DNA of 64,000 nt, taken from the NCBI RefSeq assembly GCF_030144855.1, contig NC_082721.1, positions 44,144,001-44,208,000 of the forward strand, given 5' to 3'. A program made the position numbers and the translations under genes. Numbering within the stretch: the first letter of the stretch is position 1; each line of letters begins with the position of its first letter. The stretch is from Hypanus sabinus (taxonomy: Eukaryota). Below, piece after piece: positions 51,480-63,930 of this stretch. The notes below the pieces were generated by a model. The model ran no database searches and was not told the DNA's origin. It saw only the letters and a program-made list of their open reading frames with translations.

Positions 51480-52340
51480 TGCAGGGTAATGTAATTGGTG
51501 GAAATGTGCATAATCCACCAACATTGAATTGGGGTTACTTTAAGAGACTGGACTGACGTGATGACGTAACTACGTAAAGGACTTCTGGCGTGCTTTGTCT
51601 TCAGTTTCTGGTGTTCAATAAATGAGTTGCTGTGGGTTTTTTTCTGAAGCATGAAGTGTCCCCGCCGTTTTATTTGTGTAAACCAGCATTAGTGACCTTG
51701 ATGCTCTGGGACGAGTTATTGAACATGTTGGCCAACGCGGTCACTTTGAAACTGCCTGAGTTTTGGAAGCAAAATGCCGTCGCTTGGTTTGTACAGGCCG
51801 AGGCCCAGCTCGGCCTGCGGGTAGTCACCTCCGACACTACCAAATATTTTTACGCGGTAGCATCGCTCAGTAATTCCACACCTGTGAGAGTGGTGAGTCT
51901 ACTAGAGCATCGGTCTGAACGCGATAAATACCGATCGCTAAAATCTCGCCTTTTACAGACATTTGGACCGTTGGAGTCCGAGCGCGCCAAACATTTGCTC
52001 TTCTTGTCTGGCCTCGGCGATGCTAAGCACCACATGCTGTCTCTCCTGAGAAATCACCATCCTTGTTTTTAAACAACTCTTCTTACACCAAATGCCTGAT
52101 CCAGTTTGCATAGCCCTTGCTAATGCACGTGATGGACTGCAGGGAGCTTGCTAAAATGGCTAATAGTCAATAATCAGCCAGGCAGCAGGGCATCAATCCT
52201 CCTCCCTTCTCCACCTCAATAAGCCCAGTCAGCAACGACCCAACGTAAGGACGCAGCAAAACAGACAACACTGATTCTGTGTTTTTACCACGCTCGGAAG
52301 TGCGAACTGCCTTGCAGCTTCGAAAGTGCCAATGTATCGG
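51480..52340 (+). mobile_element. Gypsy element A: 5' LTR (about 51480-51688), PBS-like TTAGTGACC, and gag remnant
   Basis: The LTR resembles 60398-60613 (shared ATGTGCATAAT, CACTTTAAGAG, AATAAATGAGTTGCT). The gag reads NAVTLKLPEFWKQNAVAWFVQAEAQ..DTTKYFYAVASL. Confidence 0.8.
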
Positions 52341-53723
52341 GACATGCATCTAAAATAATCATTAGAAGGGATAAGATGAAATATGAAAGCAAGCCAACTA
52401 ACAATATCAAAGTGGATAGTAAAAGCTTTTTCAATAAATAAAAGAGATGAAATTGTACATAGGACCGCTGGAAAATGAGGCCGGAGAAATAATAACGGGG
52501 GGGGGGCAAGAAGATGGCAGATGAACTAAAAGAGTATTTTGTATCAGTCTTCACTGTGGAAGACACTACCAGTGTGCCACATGTTGAAGGGTGTGAGGGA
52601 AGAGAAGTGAGTGCAGTTACTATTACAATGGAGAAGGTGCTTGAAAAGCTGAAAGATCCAAGGGTACACAAGTCACCCGGACCTGAACTGCACACTAGGG
52701 TTCTGAAAGAGGTAGCAGTAGAGATCGTGGAGACATTAGTAATTATCTTTATGCAACCCCTTGGGTCGCCTCAGGCTTGCTCAGCTCGTTCTCGTCTAGG
52801 GGGAGCAGCCTTCGGCCCCGCCAAACTGGGTAATCAGCTGGTGTGGATGTTGTGTGATGTCCCCGCCTCGCCCAAAAACAGACAGTACACCATATGCGAT
52901 TAAATGAGTACAATTTATAAAGGTTACTATAACTAAGTGATTAATAACGATACAGTATATATGAAGAGAAAATTAAAGAAAAGGCGCCAAACTTATCAAA
53001 GTCCAAACCACTTCGTGCACAGCCGTTGGAGCTCAATTACTGAAGTCTTCTGGCCACCATTCGCTCCCCTCCGAACTCCTCGACTCGCAGCTCAGGACCC
53101 TCCGAACTCCTCGACTCGCAGCTCAGGACCCTCCGAACTCCCCGACTCTCCAAACAGCTCAGGACCCTCCGAGTGGTCAACCAAGCACATCTAGCTTCAT
53201 CCCCCCCCCCCCTCCTCGGAGAATCTCCCGGCCTCGGACCCCCCTTTGGGGTCCGATCCTCGCCCAGTTTAGAGCATTGCGTACTCTCTCTCGACCCCCT
53301 CGCGCCGATCTGCCCAAAAGCCCGTCAACAAAAGCTTACAGACTCAGAAGAAAGAACATTAATCCCCATTTGTTTTACAAAGGAATACCATTCTCGTTAT
53401 CAGTAAATTAGCATTCCTGCTAGTTAACAAAAAGAAGAAACCCTCTTTACACTCTCCCTCCACCAAATAAAAGTCATGTCCTCATGACTACTAAATAACT
53501 CGCCACCTTTCCTGCCAACACACCGTAACCCAAGCACAAACAGTGACATCTTCTCCCCACACAGTAACCCTCACGCCCTGTTCCTCAGGCGCTACTTAGG
53601 CCAACTATCTGGGAGTTCCCTAACCCTTCTGAGGCCTCCGTACCTCCTCACCTAAACCCTTCAGGCTCGGACACAACTGGGGATACCTTGGGCCCACTAC
53701 CAACTCCTCTCTCAACCTCTCAC

Positions 53724-56003
53724 TCATGCCCCACACTGCACACAGCTAACCCTCCCCGCTACACCTGACTCAATGGGAGAAGGGCCAAAGGTCTCTTCCT
53801 CAATCGAGGGAAAGTCAGCAAAAGGCAGCATGTACCACACATCCAGCACATCATCCATCGAATCTGTATTCTTCCTCATTCCTGTGATCGGTAGCTGCTG
53901 TTTGATCTTCTCCAAACGGAAACACGTGGCCTGCACTGCTCCCGCAGTCTCTTCAGCCTCCTGTTCAGCATTCACTGCACTTCTCTCCAGCTTTTTCTTC
54001 CTCATGACTTCTTCCAGATCAACTTTCAGGTTTTGCACTTCATTTGAACTGTCGATGGTCACCTTCAGGTTCCCTTCAAGCCTCCGCTTCTCTCTTCTGA
54101 GATTTGTCTGTAATTTCTTCACCTCCGCAAACTCCCCTCTCCGGGTTCTCAGTTTGCTATTACCCTCAGTCAGACAACTTTCTTCATTCTCTCCAACTTG
54201 TAAGTCTTCCGAATGGTTCCAGATCACTTTCTCCAGTCTCTCCATCTTCATTTCAAACTTGGTTCCGTAGAGACAGTCACTCACGAGCTGCGACCTTCGC
54301 CAGCCCTGGCACGTGTCCCGAAAACACTTTAACTCGGTAGTTCTCAGCTGTTCCTGCAAAGACCTCACTTCATATTCTCCTGAGGCAAATCCAAACACCA
54401 AGAGATCATCCACATACACCAAAACTCCAAACGCCTCCACATCCCCTATGGTCTTCCACCTGCCCAGCAGGAAGGTTGCAAGGGCTCCAGATATGCCCTG
54501 TGGCATCTTTTCCGACCCGAAGACTCCTAGGGAATTTATAACGGCCGTCTTCTCCTTGTCGGCCCCACTCATCGGGATCTGGCAACATCCACTCCTCAGA
54601 TCCAGCACCTTAAACCATTTCACACCACTCAGACAGGCCATCGCCTCTCCGGCCCTCAGGGCCATATTTTGGTCACTGACAGTGCGCCTCTTCAACGCAA
54701 TACAATCCACACACACGCTGCCTACGTCTTCCACGGCTTCAGGGGCCAGTCGCCGCAACCTCTCTCTCTCCGAGGTGTCTTCAGCAGTCAACTCCGCTCC
54801 CTCGTGGTATTTCGCAGCGTCCACTAAGAGGGTCTCACCCTCAGATACTTCCCCCAGGCCGTACCGCCACTGGCTCTTGTTTGAATTCGGTATCAGCCCA
54901 ATGCTGCTACACACGTCCACACAAGCAGCTCGAAACTCTGGGTGCATCGACAATGCCTCCAAACAACGCTCACCCGCCTCTTCCGGGCAGGCCCCCAAGC
55001 ACACCAGCAGGATATTGGTTCTCTCTAGAACAGAAACGCTGCCCGTCTCAACAGGGTCCGGACACATCAGCATTAACGATTCATGAACCTCAGTCTCCTC
55101 CACATTTGCCTCCAAGAACTCCATTTTCACTGACCAACAACCGTCGTCTGGATAATCACCGGCACTGGTACCCCGAATCTCCAGTGTCCTCAATGTCGTC
55201 AAGGGTAAATGCTTCCAATAACGGTTATGAAACAAACTGTTCAGCAACTTAACCGGCGCCCCGGTGCCGAGGATGGCTTTAACTTGACTTCCATCCATCC
55301 GTAATAACACCTGTGCGCGTGACCCCTCTAAGCCTTCAGGAATAGAGTCTGTTCCTTTCGGGAGTTCCTTGGTACATTGCTGGGAACGTGCTCCCCCAGA
55401 GACCCCAAGCCGTTCCACCACTGGGCCTCCTCTAAGTTTCCCGACACCTCTCGAATCAACGGAACAACTGATCCCCTTGACAGATCCCCTTGGCACCACA
55501 AGCAATTTATCTGCACCCCTAGGCAAAAAGAGATACCCTAAAAACTTCCCACCAATCTCCTGCCACGGATATGATAAGCCCCCCAGCTGCGGCATTTGAC
55601 TTCCAGTCGAACCACACGCATTTTCCCACACTTTCCCAGAACTGGCAGCGGTCACTTCGAGGTAATTGCGCCCGACAGTTCTAACAAAGTCAGCAGCCCG
55701 CCTACTCAAACTTTCAACCCGTCCCTGTCGCTTTTCCTCAGCCAAGCACTGCCACTCACCCAACAAATGAGGGGTCCGCTCCGCCCACGCCTCCGCCCCT
55801 TTAGGGCTGGACATTATTCCTACAACCGGGTGGAGCTCACCACTGCTGAAACATCCCAACCTGTCACTCCTCACTCTCCAAATAGTACGGACAGCCCATG
55901 GTCCCACCACCATTTCGTCAGCACTAGTCGGAAATCGAACAACGACCTCCAGGCTAGCAACAGCAGCCACCCCACCCAACACACACGTAGCGATAACCAG
56001 CAA
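53724..56003 (-). CDS. Chimeric gag(PNMA-like)-protease-RT-myosin-rod ORF of Gypsy B, probably enzymatically dead
   Basis: 759 aa open. Gag-like [25 protein letters not shown], protease ILGTGA (DTG mutated), RT VLDLRSG..KMPQG..YVDD, then a coiled-coil segment and the family-type C-terminus DVWYMLPFA. Confidence 0.7.
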   Translation of the reverse strand: MLVIATCVLGGVAAVASLEVVVRFPTSADEMVVGPWAVRTIWRVRSDRLGCFSSGELHPVVGIMSSPKGAEAWAERTPHLLGEWQCLAEEKRQGRVESLSRRAADFVRTVGRNYLEVTAASSGKVWENACGSTGSQMPQLGGLSYPWQEIGGKFLGYLFLPRGADKLLVVPRGSVKGISCSVDSRGVGKLRGGPVVERLGVSGGARSQQCTKELPKGTDSIPEGLEGSRAQVLLRMDGSQVKAILGTGAPVKLLNSLFHNRYWKHLPLTTLRTLEIRGTSAGDYPDDGCWSVKMEFLEANVEETEVHESLMLMCPDPVETGSVSVLERTNILLVCLGACPEEAGERCLEALSMHPEFRAACVDVCSSIGLIPNSNKSQWRYGLGEVSEGETLLVDAAKYHEGAELTAEDTSERERLRRLAPEAVEDVGSVCVDCIALKRRTVSDQNMALRAGEAMACLSGVKWFKVLDLRSGCCQIPMSGADKEKTAVINSLGVFGSEKMPQGISGALATFLLGRWKTIGDVEAFGVLVYVDDLLVFGFASGEYEVRSLQEQLRTTELKCFRDTCQGWRRSQLVSDCLYGTKFEMKMERLEKVIWNHSEDLQVGENEESCLTEGNSKLRTRRGEFAEVKKLQTNLRREKRRLEGNLKVTIDSSNEVQNLKVDLEEVMRKKKLERSAVNAEQEAEETAGAVQATCFRLEKIKQQLPITGMRKNTDSMDDVLDVWYMLPFADFPSIEEETFGPSPIESGVAGRVSCVQCGA
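53950..54240 (-). other. Captured myosin heavy-chain rod fragment (MYH16-like) inside Gypsy B
   Basis: [74 protein letters not shown] parallels the remembered sarcomeric MYH rod (DDLQ.EEDKVN.LTK.NSKL.T..KRKLEGDLK.TIDNLNEME..KLDLEEV.KK..LE..SVN). Confidence 0.7.
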
Positions 56004-58199
56004 TCACACACCCACAAAGGCACACCAACTCTTCGCCGCAGACACAATCCAAAGAGGGCGATCCCACAGCTTCCACAGAAGTCAACCCCGGACGAGCACC
56101 CCACAATGTAACCCCTTGGGTCGCCTCAGGCTCGCTCAGCTCGTTCTCGTCTAGGGGGAGCAGCCTTCGGCCCCGCCAAACTGGGTAATCAGCTGGTGTG
56201 GATGCTGTGTGATGTCCCCGCCTCGCCCAAAAACAGACAGTACACCATATGCGATTAAATGAGTACAATTTATAAAGGTTACTATAACTAAGTGATTAAT
56301 AACGATACAGTATATATGAAGAGAAAATTAAAGAAAAGGCGCCAAACTTATCAAAGTCCAAACCACTTCGTGCACAGCCGTTGGAGCTCAATTACTGAAG
56401 TCTTCTGGCCACCATTCGATCCCCTCCGAACTCCTCGACTCGCAGCTCAGGACCCTCCGAACTCCTCGATTCTCCAAACAGCTCAGGACCCTCCGAATGG
56501 TCAACCAAGCACATCTAGCTTCATTCCCCCCCCCCCCTCCTCGGAGAATCTCCCGGCCTCGGACCCCCCTTTGGGGTCCGATCCTCGCCCAGTTTAGAGC
56601 ATTGCGTCCTCTCTCTCGACCCCCTCGCGCCGATCTGCCCAAAAGCCCGTCAACAAAAGCTTACAGACTCAGAAGAAAGAACATTAATCCCCATTTGTTT
56701 TACGAAGGAATACCATTCTCGTTATCAGTAAATTAGCATTCCTGCTAGTTAACAAAAAGAAGAAACCCTCTTTACATTTATAAAGTCATTGGACTCTGGC
56801 ATAGTGCCAGACAACTGGAAAATTGAAAATGTCACTCACTCTCTAAGAAAGGAGGAAGGCAGCAGAAAGAAAATCATAGAGCAGTTTACCAGATCTCAGA
56901 GGTTGGGATTTTGTTAGAGTCGATTGTTAAGGATGAGGTTATGGAGTACTTGGTGACCCAGGACAAGATAGGTCAGTCAGCAAGGCTTCCTTAAGGTAAA
57001 ATGTTGCCAGATGAACCTGTTGGAATTCTTTGAGGAGATTATACGGGGGATGGTGCGGATGTTATATCTTTGGACTTTCAGAAGGCCTTTGACAAGATGC
57101 CCCACATGAGTCTGCTTACCAAGTTAAGAACCCATGGCATTACAGGAAATTTACTAACATGGTTAGATTATTGGCTGATTTGTAGGATGCAGCGAGTGGA
57201 AATAACTCCTCAGGGTTTGGTGCTGGGAGTACTTCCTTTTAAGCTGTATATCAGTGAGTTACATGATGGAATAGGTAGCTTTGTTGCCAAGTTTGCAGAT
57301 AATTGGTGCATGGGTAGGTAGTGTTGAGGAAACAGGTAGGTTGTAGATGGTCTCAGACAGATCAGGAAAATGGGCAAGAGATCGGCAAATACAATACAAT
57401 GTTGAAAAATGCATGGTCATGCACTTTGGTAGTAGAAATAAATCTGCAGACTATTTTCTAAAAGGGGAGAAAATCCAAAAATATTAGTTGCAAAGGAACT
57501 TGGTAGTCCTTGTACAGAACAACCTAAAGGATAACTAGCAGGTAGATGAGGTGCTGAAGGCAAATGCAATGTTAGCATTCATTTCAAGTAGTCTAGAATA
57601 CAAGAGCAGGGATGTGATGCTGAGGCTTAATAAGCTATTGATGAGGCCTCAGAATATTGATGTATTCCGAACAGTTTTAGGCTTCTTATCTTGGGAAAGG
57701 TGCTAGCATTAAAGAGGGTTCAGAGGAGGTTAACAAGGATGATTTTGGGAATGAAAGGTTTATCATACGAAGAACATTGGATAGCTCTGGATCTGGACTC
57801 GCTGGAATTTAGAAGGATGAGGGGAGGATCACGCTGAAACTTTTCAAATGTTGAATGGAATAGATGAGGAAGGGATGTTTCCAGTGGTGGGGGACTCTGG
57901 GACAAGAGGGCACACCCTCAGGATTGCGGGGCATCCTTTTAAAACAGAGGTGCAGAGAAATGTCTTTAGCCAGAGAATGGTGAGTTTGTGGAATGCGTTA
58001 TCTCAGGCAGCTGTGGAGGCCAGGTCGTTGAATATATTTACTGCAGAGCTTGATAGGTTCTTGATTGGACATGGCAGCAAAGGTTACTGGGCAAAGGCCG
58101 GAGAGTGGGGCTAATGAGGGGAAAAATTGAATGGTGGAGCAGACTTGATGGGCCAAGTGGCCTAATTCTTCTCCTGTGTCTTATGGTCTGTGGTCTTAT

Positions 58200-60613
58200 A
58201 GGCATCAGAGGCCTGTGCACACCATGGGTCATAGCATCCAGGGACAGCCTTATGGACACCCTTTCAGGGGGTACCTTCTTGTGTGACTCATGTGCTCAAG
58301 TGAGTGTGTTGTTACTCTTAGATTTTGTTAGATATTTACCTGGATGACATAATTGTCACCACATCATCCAGATCTGAACACGTATCTCATCCTCGTACAC
58401 ATTTGATATGCTTAAACCTACACGGATTGATAATTAACTCTGCTAAAAGCCAGTTTGGGTTGGCAACCATTGACTTTCTTGGCCATTGCATCTCTGCAGA
58501 ATGTGCAAAACCGCTCCTACCAAAAGTAGCCACCATTGTGGATGTCCCACTGCCCTGCGCTACTAAAAAAAAAACTACAGGATTTTTTAGTCATGGTGAA
58601 TTTCTATCACTACTTCATTCTGCTGAACTTCAGCTCCTACCATATAGTGTGCTTAAGGGCAATACACTTAATCACGTGCATGAATAGTCAGTGGACGTGA
58701 CCAGAACGTTTGATAATGCCATTCTGTTTCCAACATGACCCTACTGGAGAACCCGCTCCCCAACACACCTATAGCCATTACTACTGGCGTTTCCAACTAT
58801 GCTGTAGGTGTTGGTCAGGGGCGTGGGGCAGCCCCTCGCCTTCTTCCGTCGGCTGCTCCGTCCCTCCAATAGAAACTACGTTACTTTTGACTGTGAGCTT
58901 CTTAGTCTCGTGTCTGGCTGTCCGCAATTTTCATTTCCTTCCAAAGGGTTCGCAGAGTTCATTGACCACAAACTCCTCGTGCACGTGATGGCCAAAATAT
59001 CAGACCCTTGGTCTGCACGGCAGCAACATCACCCAGCCTACATATCAGAGTTCACAACTGATATACGACATATCAAGGGGAAAAATAATTCCGTGATTGA
59101 TTGCCTCTCATGGCCAGCCGTTGAAGCCATACATATAGGAGTTGACTGCCAGCATGGCAGCCAATCAAGCTACTAACCCAAAGGTCCAGGCTAAACAGCC
59201 AGCAGTCACGGGCCTCGGGTTATTTGACATTAATTCAGGGAAGCTGGGATTTCTCTCCTGCGCAATGTCTCAACCAGTCGCCCTCACCCCAAAGTGCCCA
59301 CAATCTGGAGGCGGCCGTTTTTTAACTCCATAGGTGGCCTCTTGCATCCGAGCCAGAAGGACACAAAAATAAGTGTGGCAAGTCCTCAGAAAGGATGTAC
59401 ATGATTGGAGTTCAGCCTGTGTGGAGTGCCAGTGGGCAAAAATTAAATGTAATAAAGAGGTACCATTGTTACCTTTTGAGAGCCATGTCAATGTGGACCT
59501 TGTTGGCCCTCTTCCTCCCATCACCCCACCCCTCCCCACTGCGGTTTCACACACATCCTTACCATGGTAGACATTACCACCAGGTAGCCAGAGGTCACCA
59601 CCTAGCATCGATGATGGCTACAGATGTGGTCTGGGCGTTGATCAGCACCTGGTTTGCTTAATTTGGCATCCTATCTGATAATTCCTCTGACCGCTGTCCC
59701 CAATCCATATCACACCTCTGGACTGCAATGGGTACATCATACCACGGCGTATCAATGGCTGATGTGAGTGGTTTCACCGGTTAAAGGCTGCTCTGAAGGC
59801 TTCCTGACTGCTGGGTGTTGGCATGACCGTCTCCCATGGGTCCAGCTGAGGCTCAGAAGAGCTCCAAAGAGGACTTACAGTCGTCTGTGGCTAAGCTGAT
59901 ATGTGGGAAGCCGTTACGAGTGCCAAGTGATTTCATTCCTGATGCCACAACAGCCTGGTCAACTTCTCAACAGCCATCCACCCTCCTCAGAAAATTCAAT
60001 TCCTCTTCACCCTACCTCCCATCAGCTGGCTAGGGTTCCTGTTGACCTTCATTTGTCCTCGTTTGTTTTCATGACCAGGATGCATATCAGCAGCCCCTTA
60101 AGCTCCCTTACTAAGGCCTGTTCCGACATTTGGAATGGGGAGAAAGATTCATATCATAGAGAAGAGGGGCAAAGCTGAATGTATTTTCAAACCTCACTTT
60201 AAACTAGCCCACCAAGATTTGGAAGATACCGCATATTTGGCATCACACCATGACTATGAGCGTGTCACCACACCCCTGGACAAGCCAGACGCACCTGCTG
60301 TTCCTCCACCCATGGAGCATAGGACCTGAGCCAGGCTACTGATCCGAGCTCCGGATGAGCTCACAATGTCAGTTTCAATGAACTCTTGGGAAGCCTAAGT
60401 AGGGTAACCTAATTAGTGCTAATGTGCATAATTTTCATAACCACTGACGTTCAGTTTTGGTTTCACTTTAAGAGGCTGGTCTGATGTGATGATGTAATTA
60501 CATTAAGGACTATTAGTATGCTTTGTGTTCTGTTTTTGGTGTTGAATAAATGAGTTGCTATGTTTTTCTCTTAAGCATAAGACATCCCACTGTTTTATTT
60601 GTGAAAAACTACA
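58200..60613 (+). mobile_element. Gypsy element A: decayed pol (RT, RNase H, integrase) and 3' LTR (about 60398-60613)
   Basis: IYLDDIIV, IDFLGHCISA, QPLAFF.R.L, FDCELL, FIDHKLLVH, ISEFTTDIRHIKGKNNSV and HVNVDLVGPLP. Confidence 0.85.
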
Positions 60614-60879
60614 ATAGTATTGACTGAAATCAGATCTTCCACAAAGGAAGATACATGGTTGTTGTGTATAGATCATTTAGTCTCAGGGTGACATTGCAAG
60701 TGTCCATCTCAGCAGGGCATGTTCAGCTGCTTCATCAAAGACCTTTTCCATTGTAAGGTCTTGAACCACAGCTGAGGTCACAGAGCACTGGCTAGGAGCT
60801 AATGTTACTCCACTGTTCAAGAAATGAAATGGGGATAATCCTGGAAATCTATGTGTTTATTTATCTAGTGATGCAGTAG

Positions 60880-61990
60880 GCCTTTTCGGTCCTTTGTGTC
60901 ACACCACCCCAGCAACACCCCGACAACCCGACTTAATCCTAACCTAATCACGGGACAACTTACAATGACAAGGTAACCTACCCGGTACATCTTTGGACAG
61001 TGGGAGGAAACCAACGCATTTGGGAAAACCCACTTATTTCATGGGGAGGACATACCGTTTCCATACAGATAGAAATACAGAAACATAGAAACTCTACAGC
61101 ACAATATGGGCCCTTCAGCCCTCAAAGTTGTGCCGAACATGTCCTTACCTTAGAAATTACCAAGGGTTACCCATAGCCCTCTATTTTTCTGAGCTCCATG
61201 TACCCATCCAGGAGTCTCTTAAAAGACCCTACTGTATCTGCCTCCACCACCAACGCCAGCAGCCCATTCCACGCACTCAGCACTCTGCATAAAAAAACTT
61301 ACCCCAGACATCTCCTCTGTACCTATTTCCAAGCACTTTAAAATGGTACCCTCTCATGTCAGCCATTTCAGCCCTGGGAAAAAGCCTCCGACTATCCACA
61401 CAATCAATGCCTCTCATCATCTTATACACCTCTATCATGTCACCTCTCATCCTCCATCACTTCAAGGAGAAAAGGCCGAGTACACTCAACCCATTCTCCT
61501 AAGGGATGCTCCCAAATCCAGGCAATAGCCTTGTAAGTCTCCTCTGCACCCTTTCTATAGTTTCCACATCCTTCCCATAGCGAGGCAACCAGAACTGAGC
61601 ACAGTACTCCAAGTGGAGTCTAACCAGGTTCCTATATATCTGTAACATTACCTATCAGCTCTTAAACTCTATCCCAAGGCCAATACACCGTATGCCTTCT
61701 GAAACAGAGAGTCAACCTGCGCAACGGCTTTGAGGTCCTATGGACTCAGACTCCAAGATCCCTCTGATCCTTCACACTGCCAAGTGTCTTACCATTCAGT
61801 GCGTGGAATGGGTGGCCGGCAATAGTGGTGGAGGCAGACACTATAGGATCTTTTAAGAGACTTCTGGATAGATACATGGAGCTTAGAAAAATAGAGGGCT
61901 ATGGGTAACCGTAGGTAATGTCTAAAGTAAGTACATGTTTGGCACAGCATTGTGAGCCGAAGGGCCTCTATTGTGATGTAGGTTTTCTAT
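60880..61990. mobile_element. SINE remnant (minus, about 60880-61070) plus CR1 3' fragments (minus 61070-61800, plus 61795-61990)
   Basis: GTGGGAGGAAACC SINE core and CR1 tail ATAGAAACATAGAAA. The plus fragment matches 11995-12200. Confidence 0.75.
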
Positions 61991-63325
61991 GATGTAGAAG
62001 AGGTTTACTATCTCTGTTGACTTGTTTAGGGGGCATGTCCTATAAGGAGAGATTGGATAAACTTCAGTTGTTTTCACAAGAGCACGGAGGTTGAAGGGAG
62101 ACCTAATCATTTATAAGATTATAAGAGGAATAGAGAGAGTAGGCAGTTGTTATATGTTTCCCAAGATCAAAATATCCTATACTGGAGGGCATATATTTAG
62201 GTGAAGGGGATAAGTTTAAAGGGGATGTATGGGGCAAGTATTTTACACAGAGAGTGATGGGTGCCTGAAATGAGTGGTTACCTATACGGAAAATAAGATA
62301 GAAACAAGTAAGAGGCTCTTAAGGAGCAAAGAATATAAATGAGGCATCAATGTGCAACGAATGGAGGGATATAGACATACACAATCTTGTCTTGGAAATA
62401 TATTGATGTAACTTCATTTTCACTGGTTCTGATTCCTGGATCTCTACATCCAATAGCACTGTCGGAATATCTTCACCAGAAGTCCTACAGAAGTTCAAGC
62501 GGGCAGGTCATCATCACTTTCTCAAGGTCAATTGGGACAACTAAGCTTTGACACAGAAATAAATACTCAACTAAAAGTGAGTACAGTAATTACGGTGTGT
62601 GGATTTACAGGAGAAGCTAGGTTTGTTCTCTTCAGGGTAGAGCAGGTTTCAAGGAGATCTGATAGTATTTTTTTCATTACCAGGAGAGAAGAAAGGGAGA
62701 GAGATTGGACATGATTCAAGAATCAGGAAACCTGATATGAAAGGGAATGGCAAAAGTCACATAAAAAAACTTCCATAATCAATAAGTAGTGTTAAATTAG
62801 AATGCACTGCCAGAGTTATAAGCACAGGAAGATTTAAGGATATGTACCTGAATCTGCAAGGTTCTGAAGAGAGGCTAAGGGGATGGGACTTGCTGTTTTT
62901 ATGACGTCAATGAGCTGAATATCATCCTTCCCCAAGGTAACCATTCACTCTATGTGATGTTGTGTTAGTTAGCTTCTCAAGTTGATCTATGATTCCGAGA
63001 TGGTGACTTCCCGCAACAGCAGTTAATAAGAATGATTATTGTCTGATATTTTCCACTGCCCCAATTGTTTCTGTTCTGTCTGCTCACTGAGATTAAATGT
63101 CAGCTCCCAGCTCCAATAAGCAAGTCCACTAGATTCAGTACTATTTCTTTTTGACTGTCAAGTTTCGGTAGTATCTTTCTTAAACCTGAAAACATTGGAT
63201 TCCACCTACTGTCTATGAAGTGACACACATTTTGTGTGACTGCAATTAATTCTTCCTTTTCCCCAGTTTAAACTTTGACTTATTAACTTTTATTTATCGG
63301 ATCTTAGAGGGGAATAGTTGTTATT

Positions 63326-63930
63326 ATGTCACAATCCTTAAGAAGTGGAAAGCAGCTTCCTGAATCCAGCAATGGAAACGGGAATACTTTGAAGGAAAAA
63401 TCAGAAGATATGCCTGTCTGGGCTGAGCGTTTAGAACATTCACTGATGGTTCTCAACAGGAAAATAGATAACAACACGGTAAAACTTGATCCTACCTCTC
63501 CTGATATGAAGTCGTCATAGGAGAGTTTTCAATTTGTGCAGGAAAATATTATTTCCCTGAATTCTGAACTTAAAGAGATGAAGCGTCAGATAGCGGATAT
63601 TTCAGCTCACTTGGAAAAGTCTCGACATAAGATTATCAATTTGGAAGCAAGATCTCGTCAGAATAATATTTGAATTGTTGGACTGAAGGAAGGATCTGAG
63701 AGTGGGGATTTATTGGACTATTTTGTTAAACTTTTCAATCTCTGTTTCCAGATATTTTACCTCAACCTCCCGATATCGAATGAGCGCATAGAATTTTCTC
63801 TTCAAAATCTCAAGATCCGAATAAGCCAAGGTCAGTTTAGGTCTGCTTTCTTCGTTTCAAAGTTAAGGACCAAATCATGAAATATGCAAGGAAATACAGA
63901 GATATTAAATTAATGTGTTCTGATATTTGA
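63326..63930 (+). mobile_element. Decayed L1-clade ORF1
   Basis: A coiled-coil N-terminus, then INLEARSRQNNI.IVGLKEGSESGDL, a frameshifted IERAHR-like motif, and KPRSV..FLRFKVKDQIMK. Confidence 0.8.

Larger units (their letters stand above)
52752..56776 (-). mobile_element. Gypsy element B: young, internally deleted, non-autonomous LTR retrotransposon
   Basis: Near-identical LTRs at 52752-53451 and 56107-56776 (TG..CA) and a 4-bp TSD TTTA (52748-52751 and 56777-56780). tRNA-Pro-like PBS TGGGG(T)GCTCGTCCGGG at 56103-56087 and PPT GGTGGAGGGAGAG at 53464-53452. Confidence 0.93.
52350..58199 (+). mobile_element. CR1 LINE nested in Gypsy A and itself split by Gypsy B
   Basis: KMADELKEYFVSVFTVED..EIVETLVIIF (to 52751) resumes at 56777 with SLDSGIVPDNWKIENVT..DFQKAFDKMPH..FADN. 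The tail is TCTTATGGTCTGTGGTCTTAT. Confidence 0.85.
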
